Assembly: GCA_013166775.1 (NCBI GenBank)
Contig: JABLTJ010000002.1
Span: 128,001 to 192,000, forward strand
Length of the DNA stretch: 64,000 nt
Origin: Promethearchaeati archaeon
Lineage (GTDB): Archaea > Asgardarchaeota > Heimdallarchaeia > Heimdallarchaeales > Heimdallarchaeaceae
Reading direction: 5' to 3'
How positions within the stretch are numbered: the first letter of the stretch is position 1; each line of letters begins with the position of its first letter. Shown piece after piece: positions 1-8,460 of the stretch. Under the pieces are notes generated by a model, which saw only the letters and a list, made by a program, of their open reading frames with translations, had not been told where the DNA came from and did no database searches. A program made the translations under genes and the position numbers.

Positions 1-377
1 TCAGTTTCATCGTATGCATGCCAAAGTGCAAGAAATTGTAAGTTCGAGAAAAGTATTGTCAAGGTTTCCTCAGTTTTAGTTCTTTTGGTAAACATCTCTA
101 ATAATTTCTCCTTAAGCTTAAACTGAATAGGTCCAGCCTGAGGTTTTTGCCAATTAAGAGGTTTAACACCTGTAGGTCCATGCATTATTATTGAGAGATC
201 TTTCTTTATAAAAAGAAAACGATCACCATCTTCTAACGTTGACTTGATTCTACCATCAAAGAAAGCTTTACAGTGACCAGCAAGGATAATCATTTTTTCA
301 CCCACTGCTGAATTCAATCTCTTAACAACTTCCGTTAATGAATCAAGTGATAGAATTTCAAAGTTAGTTATATCCAT
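1..377 (-). CDS. nucS: Mismatch-specific endonuclease NucS/EndoMS, N-terminal part (runs off window start)
   Basis: Manual translation from ATG at 377: MDITNFEILSLDSLTEVVKRLNSAVGEKMIILAGHCKAFFDGRIKSTLEDGDRFLFIKKDLSIIMHGPTGVKPLNWQKPQAG. Matches the NucS N-terminal pattern C-x-x-x-[YF]-x-GR...GDR...K-x-D...H...P-x-NWQ. Not in the ORF track because it has no stop in the window. Confidence 0.85.
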   Translation of the reverse strand, partial: MDITNFEILSLDSLTEVVKRLNSAVGEKMIILAGHCKAFFDGRIKSTLEDGDRFLFIKKDLSIIMHGPTGVKPLNWQKPQAGPIQFKLKEKLLEMFTKRTKTEETLTILFSNLQFLALWHAYDET

Positions 378-527
378 TTAAAGTCCTCTTGAATTGTGAT
401 AACTAATCGATAAAGATTAAATCTGTTTTTATATTTATTTACTATTCAACAATAATAAAATCAATAAAAAACTATAAATGAGCAATTAATGAAGATATTA
501 AATATCATATAATAGATGTGAGAATTA

Positions 528-1346
528 ATGGCTGAGATTATCCAAATTATGTTGTATATACAGGTTGCTACAGTTGTTGGCTGTTTAGCATACAGCGCTA
601 TTATAGACCTGATAAAAAGAGAAATTTCTGATATCCCATGGATAATAATGGCTGTTGAGGGAGTCATTACAACCATAATCATAATCATTTTTTCCAATAG
701 AAGTAGTTTGTACACAAGACAACAAGTAGGCATATCAGTAGCAATTAACCTTGTCGTGGGAGTACTATTGGGATACTTACTCTATTATACAGGCGTAATG
801 GGAGGTGCAGATGCTAAAGCTCTAATGGCTTTATCAATAAACTCTTCAGTTTATCCTTTTCTAATTGGAGTAACTCAATTGGATGTTTACAGGTTTATGC
901 CTTCAGTTTTCAACACATTTTTTAACTGGCTGTTAACAATGGTAATTATCTATCCCTTACCGCTTCTATTTTACAACGTCTACCTAAAATCTAAGGGAGC
1001 AAAACTATTCGAAGTAACTTCTGCTAATTTTGCTAGTAAAATTCTCATGATGATTTCAGGATATCTAATTCCAGTTGAAAAAGCTTTGAATAGAACAGAT
1101 GTTGTATACTCTGAAACATTCGATGAAGAAGAAGAAAAATGGGAAATCAAGCATTTCTTGCAAGTACAGGAAATAGAAGAAGAAGAGGAATTCAAGAAAG
1201 AGATAGAAGAGAAGATAAAAGAAACCAGAAGGAAAAAAATCTGGGTAAAAGTACTACCACCAGGAATTGTATTCCTTTTGATTGGTTACATAATAAATAT
1301 ACTTGCAGGAAATATTCTATTCCTTATTTATCATTTCACCTTGTAG
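528..1346 (+). CDS. Prepilin/preflagellin peptidase, A24 family (FlaK/PibD-like)
   Basis: Multi-TM protein with catalytic Asp motifs AIIDLIKREI and MGGADAKAL; C-terminal IWV..PPGIVFL segment typical of archaeal FlaK. Confidence 0.85.
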   Translation: MAEIIQIMLYIQVATVVGCLAYSAIIDLIKREISDIPWIIMAVEGVITTIIIIIFSNRSSLYTRQQVGISVAINLVVGVLLGYLLYYTGVMGGADAKALMALSINSSVYPFLIGVTQLDVYRFMPSVFNTFFNWLLTMVIIYPLPLLFYNVYLKSKGAKLFEVTSANFASKILMMISGYLIPVEKALNRTDVVYSETFDEEEEKWEIKHFLQVQEIEEEEEFKKEIEEKIKETRRKKIWVKVLPPGIVFLLIGYIINILAGNILFLIYHFTL

Positions 1347-1403
1347 AAGTATTGATTGAACTAAACAAATTTATAGGAATTGTCAACTGTTTAAACGATT
1401 AAA

Positions 1404-2090
1404 ATGGAACCAAATGAAATGGCGGAGAAAGCTATTGAGATGGTTAAGAACAAAAAAACAGATGAAATTGTTCCCTTTATTGTGAGTAAATTTGATGATG
1501 AAAAAGAAGTATTCAAAGCTCTCATTAGTGTTCAAGTACAAATGAAGGAAATAGGAGGAGGGTACCCTCCAGTTGGGGAGCAAATTAGAACTATTGACGA
1601 AATTATAGAATATACAGAGAAAGCTATCAGCTACGCTCTTGAGAATGGTAATACCCTAATAGCTGGAATATTGAATCATAATGTTGCATCATTCTGTTTT
1701 CCAAACATGGATGATGGAGTAGATGAGAGATTAATTGAACCTGGTTACAAAGCTGCAGTTAATGATTATGAACTAAGAAAGAAAATAGGCGATAAAGGTC
1801 CATTGCTTTGGGCTAAGTGGTTGGTTGGTGTTGCTGAGTTCATTAAAGGAGAAACAGAGAAGGGAATCAAAACCTTAGATGAAACAGCTAATTTAGCACA
1901 CGAAGATCCTGAAACAAAAAGCATTGAATCTTGGAGTAAATTAATGATAGGAAAATTCTACTTCAAATCTGATCCTAGTAAAGGAGCTTTAGCAATTGAA
2001 GTATTGGAAGAAGTCAAAGAGGAATTTACTTCTCAAGAAGATAAATGGGGATTGGATATATTAGAAGGAATTTTGAAAATTTATTTTTAA
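1404..2090 (+). CDS. Hypothetical all-helical (TPR-like) protein
   Basis: 228-aa ORF with amphipathic helical repeats; no recognisable catalytic motif. Confidence 0.6.
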   Translation: MEPNEMAEKAIEMVKNKKTDEIVPFIVSKFDDEKEVFKALISVQVQMKEIGGGYPPVGEQIRTIDEIIEYTEKAISYALENGNTLIAGILNHNVASFCFPNMDDGVDERLIEPGYKAAVNDYELRKKIGDKGPLLWAKWLVGVAEFIKGETEKGIKTLDETANLAHEDPETKSIESWSKLMIGKFYFKSDPSKGALAIEVLEEVKEEFTSQEDKWGLDILEGILKIYF

Positions 2091-2111
2091 AAAAGGGGAG
2101 ATAGGTCTCCC
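2089..2111 (-). terminator. Hairpin + U-tract terminator of the RIO kinase gene
   Basis: GGGAGA-TAGG-TCTCCC perfect 6-bp stem (2096-2111), followed on the minus strand by a T6 run; lies between convergent genes. Confidence 0.55.
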
Positions 2112-2121
2112 AATATGCTTC

Positions 2122-2913
2122 TTAATAGCTCATTTCATGCTTCAGTTCAAGCTCTTTCTCTATCTTGTTTTTTATATCTCCAGTAATATAATCTAATACC
2201 TCATTTTGATCAGCTTGTAATCTATGACATCGTTTAAAGTATGTCAAAATTGCGTTTACATCCCTTTGCAGAATACGATAAGCTCTCGTTAAAGGGATCA
2301 ATTTAGAACCTCCATCTATTGAGTCTTTCAGAGCGAATTTTTTTGTTTGTAGAAAATCAATCACTACTATTTCTTCATTATGAAGAATAATATTGTGTTC
2401 ACTGAAATCTCCATGAACATAGTGTAATTGAAATATATCATAAAGGAAATCGATGCATTTCTCCATTAACTCAGACGGATCATCAAAATACTCCTTTGAG
2501 AAATCCTTCAGTAGAGGCGAAGGTCCCGCATTGTCTCCAATTAATTCCATTGAAAAACTGAAATCATGCCATTTGTAAGGTTGAGGAACTGGCAATTTTA
2601 ATTCGAACAGATCTAGCGTTTTATAGAATTCCAACTTAGCAAACTGTTTGATTACTTGGTAAGGAGATATTCTAGAGGTATTGTTTATTCTTTGCCTGTG
2701 TGTTGTACGGTAAATTTTATAGCTTTTTAGAGCAATTTGTCTTTCTTCTTCATCTATTCCCCAGCAAACAAAAGCTTCTTTCCCTTGTCCTATTACCTGA
2801 AAAGCTTCCCTAATAAGATTATTTTCTATAGCTTCCGCTAAAGCTTCTTGAGGAGTCAGCTCATATGCTGAAACTCCTGTTTCACGCCACATCCAATATT
2901 TTTCATTCATCAC
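2122..2913 (-). CDS. RIO-family atypical Ser/Thr kinase/ATPase
   Basis: IGQGKEAFV P-loop, IALKSYK, VPQPY, SMELIG, VHGDFSEHNII catalytic loop, VIDFLQ. Start may be ATG 2910. Confidence 0.9.
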   Translation of the reverse strand: MMNEKYWMWRETGVSAYELTPQEALAEAIENNLIREAFQVIGQGKEAFVCWGIDEEERQIALKSYKIYRTTHRQRINNTSRISPYQVIKQFAKLEFYKTLDLFELKLPVPQPYKWHDFSFSMELIGDNAGPSPLLKDFSKEYFDDPSELMEKCIDFLYDIFQLHYVHGDFSEHNIILHNEEIVVIDFLQTKKFALKDSIDGGSKLIPLTRAYRILQRDVNAILTYFKRCHRLQADQNEVLDYITGDIKNKIEKELELKHEMSY

Positions 2914-3005
2914 TTTTTGTGCACATCCTTAGGAAGTATCAAGATAAGAGAAAATGATTACAGAGAAAATATCAATCTAAAGCAAATGTGGGTAAGAATA
3001 AAAGA

Positions 3006-3086
3006 TTATCTCGATAATCGAGGTGTCACTGTATCTAGCAAACGAAGACCAACAATTTTCTTTGTATATTTACTTTTCGCTTTCAT
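3006..3086 (-). CDS. Putative leader peptide (uORF, 26 aa: MKAKSKYTKKIVGLRLLDTVTPRLSR) upstream of RIO kinase
   Basis: Strong SD TAAGGAGGTG (3098-3107, minus) and an upstream TATA-like TTATAAAT; ORF read manually. Confidence 0.5.
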   Translation of the reverse strand: MKAKSKYTKKIVGLRLLDTVTPRLSR

Positions 3087-3171
3087 TTTGCTCTTGACAC
3101 CTCCTTACTATACTGAATTGATATTGAAAAACTCATTTATAAGAATTTCTAAAAAAGATAATTATACAAGC

Positions 3172-3375
3172 CTATTCTTCTTCTATGACTCGTTGCATGT
3201 AAATATCACAGTCCTTACAAACTAAGAAATCGTAAGAATCTTTGTCCTTATAGTATATTGTATAGAACATGGTTTTATTGCATTTACCACATTTAATATC
3301 GGATTCTTCTTCTGAAACGAATAACAATTTTTTCACGTCTTCATTGGGTGTTACATATTTGGACAACTTAATCAC
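3172..3375 (-). CDS. Small zinc-ribbon protein
   Basis: CGKC...CKDC pairs. Likely start is TTG 3366 after an AGGTGA SD. Confidence 0.65.
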   Translation of the reverse strand: MIKLSKYVTPNEDVKKLLFVSEEESDIKCGKCNKTMFYTIYYKDKDSYDFLVCKDCDIYMQRVIEEE

Positions 3376-3503
3376 CTAGGTTATGTGAATCTTATTCTTA
3401 AATAAAATAGCTCACGGTTATTAATATATATTTTTTTTTGAGTAAAAATATCCTTAAAGGTAAAATTAGATAAATAATGAATAAACATATATATGTGTGA
3501 ATA

Positions 3504-3893
3504 ATGGCACACTACGTTATGATTGGAGATATCTATAACATAAAATTCATCCTCCCAAACATCGGAGAAGCAGAAGGAGAACTAATAAGAATAAGAGGAC
3601 CTCATCTCACAGAACTTATGAATCGTGAGCTCCCAATTAATTCTAGAGGATTAAAGCGAGAAAATCTTTTCCTTATTCCTGTTAATTTTATTTATGCGAT
3701 TGAAAAACCTACTACCACTGCAAAGAGAGGAGATATCGTTTTTGAGCCAAAATCCAAAGCAATCATCATACTGCTAGAGGACAGGAAATTTGATTCAAAA
3801 ATTGCTGCAATAGGTTCAATAGTTAAGAATTTGAAAATGTTTGATAAATTATCCCAATCTACTGGTGTTCGCATAGAGAGTCTGAATGAGTAA
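3504..3893 (+). CDS. Cyclophilin-like fold protein (TM1367/DUF369-like)
   Basis: Length and pattern (LPINS...IPV...GDIVF.P...IIILL...IG.I) resemble the archaeal cyclophilin-like family. Confidence 0.6.
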   Translation: MAHYVMIGDIYNIKFILPNIGEAEGELIRIRGPHLTELMNRELPINSRGLKRENLFLIPVNFIYAIEKPTTTAKRGDIVFEPKSKAIIILLEDRKFDSKIAAIGSIVKNLKMFDKLSQSTGVRIESLNE

Positions 3894-3974
3894 ACTTTAT
3901 GCTCTACTTGCTCATCAATATTTTTATAAATAGATTATACGTCAGTAAGTCGAAAGGTAATTTAAGGGATAATT

Positions 3975-4316
3975 ATGAGTAGCCGACAAAACATTGGTGA
4001 ATCTTTTAGATCAATAAGAAAGGAAATTGGAAAATTCGAATTCAGTGATAAGGTTTTAGATTTAATTTCATTAGTGGGAGTAGTATTGTTCATAATATCT
4101 TTTATCTCTGTTTTCCTGTCTGATAAATTCAACATAGTAAATATTGTATTTATATTATATCCTCTAGCTATTGGTGGTTTAGCAGCGGCTTTTCGAATGA
4201 AAAGAAGAGATAAACCTGAAGATACACCAAAAATGTTCAGAGAATGGTTAATCATAATGAGTTCCATCACAGTAATTGGTATATTAATCATCATAATTGC
4301 ACATATTCTCTTCTAA
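3975..4316 (+). CDS. Small membrane protein (3 TM)
   Basis: Three hydrophobic segments. Confidence 0.7.
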   Translation: MSSRQNIGESFRSIRKEIGKFEFSDKVLDLISLVGVVLFIISFISVFLSDKFNIVNIVFILYPLAIGGLAAAFRMKRRDKPEDTPKMFREWLIIMSSITVIGILIIIIAHILF

Positions 4317-4369
4317 AAGTATTAGACTATCAGCAATTTTTTTATATCTTGGTAGGGTTACATTATTTA

Positions 4370-5797
4370 ATGACTCATGAAACTTATCGAATTTATTCAA
4401 GAGTTTTAAAGTTTGGACAAAAAATAGGACTCAGAAGATTCATAGAAACTATTGTTTTTTCGTTAACTATCTTTGCTATTACTTCAGTTTATTTTGTAGT
4501 TCTCACTCGAACTTCAGAAGCAATACGTCTTTCAGCGTTTACAGCTGCAGGAACATACATTTTCTTTCCTCTAGGTTTATTCGCTGAAATTGCATTAATC
4601 TTAAGTTATATTGAAAATCGATATCAAATTGATATTTTTGGTGATAGTATAAACAAATTCTTTGGTTTCTTTAGTTTCATTTCAATAACTGTTATAATTC
4701 TATATTCCGCTATTCCTGGATTATATCTAGATAAGGAATTAAATGCTTATAATATCTCAATCATAGTTCTTTTCTTCCTGCTTGCTGTAATTGAAACAGG
4801 GTACTTTCTCTACTCTTCCCCAAGATTAGTAAAATCAGAAACATTTGGTTTGGAATATCAATTCTCAAACATGGAAAAAAGACTTAAAGATAAAAGATTA
4901 ATCGACTTACCGATTGAAAAAGCTATTAACAAAGGATTAAATGCTATAAAGAAGCGAATTAATGAAGAAGGATTATGGGGAGAATTGAGTTCAGTTTATG
5001 AAACAGCTTGCGTTCTTGATTTATTCCATAAGTTGGGGTACAATAGAGATACAGAATGGGTGATTTCTACCTCAGAAGGTAAAAAGACTGTTACTTTAGG
5101 GCAAACACTAGATAATATGGAAGCTATAATAAATACAGCAGAGACAATTGAAACTTCATATGAGCAATTCTATGTTCTTTATGCTCTAAGCTTATTTAAT
5201 CCAACTATATTCGATGATAGAAATCAAGAGATACAAGATTTTCATGATTCAGTTTTTGAAGAAACAGAATGGGATTTCATTAATAAATTGAACAGATTTA
5301 CACCAAATCTTAGATCAAGAACAACTCCTATTCATCTAATAATGGCCTATGTTGGAGATGTAACAGGCAATATTACTACCCTAGATAGAATGGCATCTTT
5401 ATTCTCAGCTAGCATTGAAATCGTCATAAAACGTGGATATGCTCGTTTTTCAACATCACAAACAGGGAGAACACCAATAGAAATGTTCGCAAAGCTATTG
5501 CTTGCCTTACATGATATCAGGAGAGCTCCTACAAGAAGACAACAATTCATTCAAGCTATTACAGGAACACAATTTATTGAAGGTTCTTGGGCTGGAAATG
5601 TAGGAACTACAGCTTATGTGATACAGGCTCTCATTCCTAGCGAAAATGCTGATTCTATCACATTGAAGAAAGCTGCTATCTACTTAGCTGCTATTCAAGA
5701 CAAGGAAGGATTATGGGGAGCAAACATAGAAGATACTACAATAGTTCTAAAAGCTCTAATTTCTCTTAAAAGAATGGCAGAACAAGAGACTGTTTAG
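4370..5797 (+). CDS. Membrane protein with C-terminal prenyltransferase/squalene-cyclase-like (QW-repeat) helical domain
   Basis: About 4 N-terminal TMs; QW-like motifs INEEGLWG, QFIEGSW, QDKEGLWG. ATG 4370 preferred over 4244, which overlaps the upstream gene. Confidence 0.6.
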   Translation: MTHETYRIYSRVLKFGQKIGLRRFIETIVFSLTIFAITSVYFVVLTRTSEAIRLSAFTAAGTYIFFPLGLFAEIALILSYIENRYQIDIFGDSINKFFGFFSFISITVIILYSAIPGLYLDKELNAYNISIIVLFFLLAVIETGYFLYSSPRLVKSETFGLEYQFSNMEKRLKDKRLIDLPIEKAINKGLNAIKKRINEEGLWGELSSVYETACVLDLFHKLGYNRDTEWVISTSEGKKTVTLGQTLDNMEAIINTAETIETSYEQFYVLYALSLFNPTIFDDRNQEIQDFHDSVFEETEWDFINKLNRFTPNLRSRTTPIHLIMAYVGDVTGNITTLDRMASLFSASIEIVIKRGYARFSTSQTGRTPIEMFAKLLLALHDIRRAPTRRQQFIQAITGTQFIEGSWAGNVGTTAYVIQALIPSENADSITLKKAAIYLAAIQDKEGLWGANIEDTTIVLKALISLKRMAEQETV

Positions 5798-5861
5798 ATA
5801 CAGTTCTTATTTTTCTTTATTATATATAGTTAAAAAGAGATATTTAATTTATAGAAAGGAG

Positions 5862-6362
5862 ATGAAAATGAGTACTGTCTATATTGCTTGTTCTATGATA
5901 AGATCTGTAGGAATCGATTTCTCTCTATTAGATATTTTAGAAGAGTGGATAATAAATCAGCAACTATTACCTTTTACTCCAGGAAAGATGGAAGATACAA
6001 GTCCGGATGTAATTTTCAAAAGAGATATGAAAATGTTGGAAAAATCTGATTTCATTATTGCAGACGTCAATGAACCTTCCCATGGAGTTGGGATGGAAAT
6101 CATGTATGCTTATGAACATGGAATGCCAGTTATTTGTGTACTAAACAAAGAGAACAGACCATTTTCGAGGATGGTAGATGGGAGTCCTCATGTTTACTTG
6201 ATTGAATATGAAAACAAAGAAAATCTGAAAACAAAATTAGAAAGAATCAAATTGAAAGATTTATTGATAGAATTTTGTGAAACTTGCCAGAATAGAACAA
6301 TACACTACGAGAAAGTATGTAAAAGATGTAAAAATAAAGGTAACAGCCCCAAGGCGATTTGA
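5862..6362 (+). CDS. Nucleoside 2-deoxyribosyltransferase / DNPH1(Rcl)-like N-glycosidase with C-terminal Zn ribbon
   Basis: VYIA, IFKRDMKML..SDFIIAD, PSHGVGMEIMYA motif; C-terminal CETC...CKRC. Confidence 0.8.
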   Translation: MKMSTVYIACSMIRSVGIDFSLLDILEEWIINQQLLPFTPGKMEDTSPDVIFKRDMKMLEKSDFIIADVNEPSHGVGMEIMYAYEHGMPVICVLNKENRPFSRMVDGSPHVYLIEYENKENLKTKLERIKLKDLLIEFCETCQNRTIHYEKVCKRCKNKGNSPKAI

Positions 6363-6415
6363 ACGCCTGCCTCAGGATCCAGAGTCCCGTATCCTTCCAA
6401 CTAGACTATGGGGCT
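6344..6415 (-). tRNA. tRNA-Gln(CUG), intronless, A1-U72, G73
   Basis: Folds as AGCCCCA TA GTCT AGTTGGAA GGAT A CGGGA CT-CTG-GA TCCTG AGGC AGGCG TTCAAAT CGCCT TGGGGCT G. Confidence 0.92.
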
Positions 6416-6549
6416 TTGTTTCTTATGGTGTCTGGTTTTTACCTAAATAAAATTTTTTGGTAATAACAATTAATTGAGTCCTTAATTATAGAGATAAATT
6501 CTTAAATACTTTGTATTTTTTTACTAAATGCTTATCAAAGTGGTGAAAT

Positions 6550-7128
6550 ATGCAAGAAAAGCCACTAAAAAACAGATTTATAGCAATTTTCAAGCTTCTA
6601 AGTAAAGAGTATATTCTTCTCTCGATTTGTACTTTCTTAGTTCTTTTGGCTCTTATAATAGATCTTTTTACTTCAGTAAATTATTTCTTAACAATAGTAC
6701 TTATACTCACATGTTTCTTAGTTGGAATTTTATTAAATAAAAAAATTTCAGTAATATTTGCAAGTGTAATGATTGTTATTTATTGTTCAGCTATATTTTC
6801 GTTGTTGATGGTAAATCAGGATTTATTTGATAATTCTGATCTTGCTTCGATTATGTACAGAATAGGCGGAGGAGCTTGGGGACTTTGGGGATTGTTATTA
6901 TTCCCACCTTTTATAATAATAGGTGGTTCAACTTTTCTAGGAGCATGTATTCAAGTGATTATATTTTATTCTACAACTCCAAAAGAAGAAATAGAAGAAA
7001 AACATGTAAAAAAAATATGTCCTAATTGCCTTTCAGTTAATTCAAAAGAATCAACGAATTGTAAAAAATGTGGAAAAAAATTTCAATCAGTACAGACTAA
7101 TAGTAAAAATGATTCTTTCAATTTATAG
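6550..7128 (+). CDS. Membrane protein with C-terminal zinc ribbon
   Basis: About 4 TM segments, then CPNC...CKKCG. Confidence 0.75.
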   Translation: MQEKPLKNRFIAIFKLLSKEYILLSICTFLVLLALIIDLFTSVNYFLTIVLILTCFLVGILLNKKISVIFASVMIVIYCSAIFSLLMVNQDLFDNSDLASIMYRIGGGAWGLWGLLLFPPFIIIGGSTFLGACIQVIIFYSTTPKEEIEEKHVKKICPNCLSVNSKESTNCKKCGKKFQSVQTNSKNDSFNL

Positions 7129-7141
7129 AAAAGAAAGGTAG

Positions 7142-7244
7142 TTGCCCCAAGGTGATTAATTCAAGGCTTCCCTCGAGAACACCTTTTTGAACACCTGTCT
7201 CTGGGATCAAATCCCAGCGTGATTGACCGCTACACTATGGGGCT
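7142..7244 (-). tRNA. tRNA-Gln(UUG) variant with 30-nt intron at position 58/59 (7157-7186); A1.A72 mismatch, A73
   Basis: AGCCCCA TA GTGTAGCGGTCAATCAC G CTGGG AT-TTG-AT CCCAG AGAC AGGTG TTCAA[intron]AT CACCT TGGGGCA A. A relaxed BHB (GTTC/GAAT helix, AAA bulge) restores the TTCAAAT T-loop. Confidence 0.8.
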
Positions 7245-7335
7245 GTCGATTATTTCTTTCTATTTCTCTTGATTTCCCTATTTGGTTTTAAATCCTTCTT
7301 TTTTTACCTAGTGTTAATATAACTTGGTTTCTAGA

Positions 7336-8145
7336 TTAGGACTGAACAAAGTTCCTTACTGTATTAATAAAACTATCAAACTGTTCTCTTTGAATATTAT
7401 ATCCTGTCTGCTCATAGAGAACCCATTCACCTTCCTGAAAACTATCTTTTAATGATTGAAAATACTTCTTAGGTATAACGCCATTCTCAGCTACCATTAA
7501 TAAAATTGGGACTTTTATATAAGGTAAAACTTCTCTGTATAATACACGATCTGTTCTTAATTGTCTCAGAGAAGGTTTTTGTTTTAATTGTGCAAATTGG
7601 TATTGAGCTCTAGCCCAACTTTTCTGATCTATAATGTTCCAATCAGTATTTTGCTTCGTACTCCTCTCTATAATTTCTTCCTCAGTTTTATTTCTCATTG
7701 AACTTAACCTCATACTAAAAGCGAAATAAATCATAATCTCTCTAAAGGTTAGAGATGGTTTGAAGTTAAAAGCGGGTTCTACTAAAACGATGCCTTTAAC
7801 AAGTGGTGAATATTCTTTTGCCAATAAACTAGTGATTCTTGCGCCCATCGAATGACCTAAAATCCAAGTTTTATCTAATTCAAGAGTTTTGATAAGTTCT
7901 GCAATTTCTTGCATCATTTCATAGCTATCTATTCCTTTTGAAGAAATAGAAGACAATCCATGATTCCGAAAATCGGGCATGATTACATCAAATTCTTTCT
8001 CAAACACTTGAGCTGCTCTGGTCCAACATAGACCATTGTCTGCATAGCCATGAAGTAGAATTAAAGGTGGTTTATCCCCTCCTGTTCTAGTATAATGTAA
8101 ATTCAAGCTATTGACATTAATGTAATCTGAAGTCCAGTTGTTCAT
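7336..8145 (-). CDS. Alpha/beta-fold hydrolase (catalytic His apparently replaced by Tyr)
   Basis: LLHGYAD oxyanion motif, GHSMG nucleophile elbow; C-terminal TGYNIQRE where GH is expected. Confidence 0.85.
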   Translation of the reverse strand: MNNWTSDYINVNSLNLHYTRTGGDKPPLILLHGYADNGLCWTRAAQVFEKEFDVIMPDFRNHGLSSISSKGIDSYEMMQEIAELIKTLELDKTWILGHSMGARITSLLAKEYSPLVKGIVLVEPAFNFKPSLTFREIMIYFAFSMRLSSMRNKTEEEIIERSTKQNTDWNIIDQKSWARAQYQFAQLKQKPSLRQLRTDRVLYREVLPYIKVPILLMVAENGVIPKKYFQSLKDSFQEGEWVLYEQTGYNIQREQFDSFINTVRNFVQS

Positions 8146-8266
8146 TTTAAATCCATTAGCTGTTTTTCGTAAATAAGGTATCTGAATTAAAAATGTATGT
8201 TTTCATTTGAGTAAATCTTTAATCACATAAGGTTATTCAAGTATTTATAGAATTTTTAAGAAAAAG

Positions 8267-8373
8267 TGGCAGTCCTAGGGAGATATTTTCAGGCTTTCCT
8301 CGCAAGAAACACCTTTTGAACTCCCGGTGCCAGATTCAAAGTCTGGAGTGTTTCCAGGCTACACTATAGGACT
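8267..8373 (-). tRNA. tRNA-Gln(UUG) with 31-nt intron at 58/59 (8285-8315), A1-U72, G73, encoded CCA
   Basis: AGTCCTA TA GTGT AGCCTGGAA ACAC T CCAGA CT-TTG-AA TCTGG CACC GGGAG TTCAA[intron]AT CTCCC TAGGACT G CCA; the exons total 76 nt. Confidence 0.9.
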
Positions 8374-8460
8374 GTAATGTAAGTCATTCTCTTCTAATAC
8401 GATTTTAAATTTTTCTCTTTAAACTAAAAAAAATTATGGTAAAAGAAGTAATTACTCTTT

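Noticed and set aside
2917-3225. 102-aa plus-strand ORF
   Set aside because: GTG start without SD; antisense to the rio leader and overlapping the Zn-ribbon gene. The minus-strand SD + uORF explains the region better.
4244-4369. N-terminal extension of the 517-aa ORF
   Set aside because: Overlaps the upstream gene in another frame; ATG 4370 has a TATA-like element at a suitable distance.
6344-8373. Integrated element with att sites at the tRNA-Gln genes
   Set aside because: All three are full-length tRNAs with differing sequences; no integrase or exact direct repeat seen.
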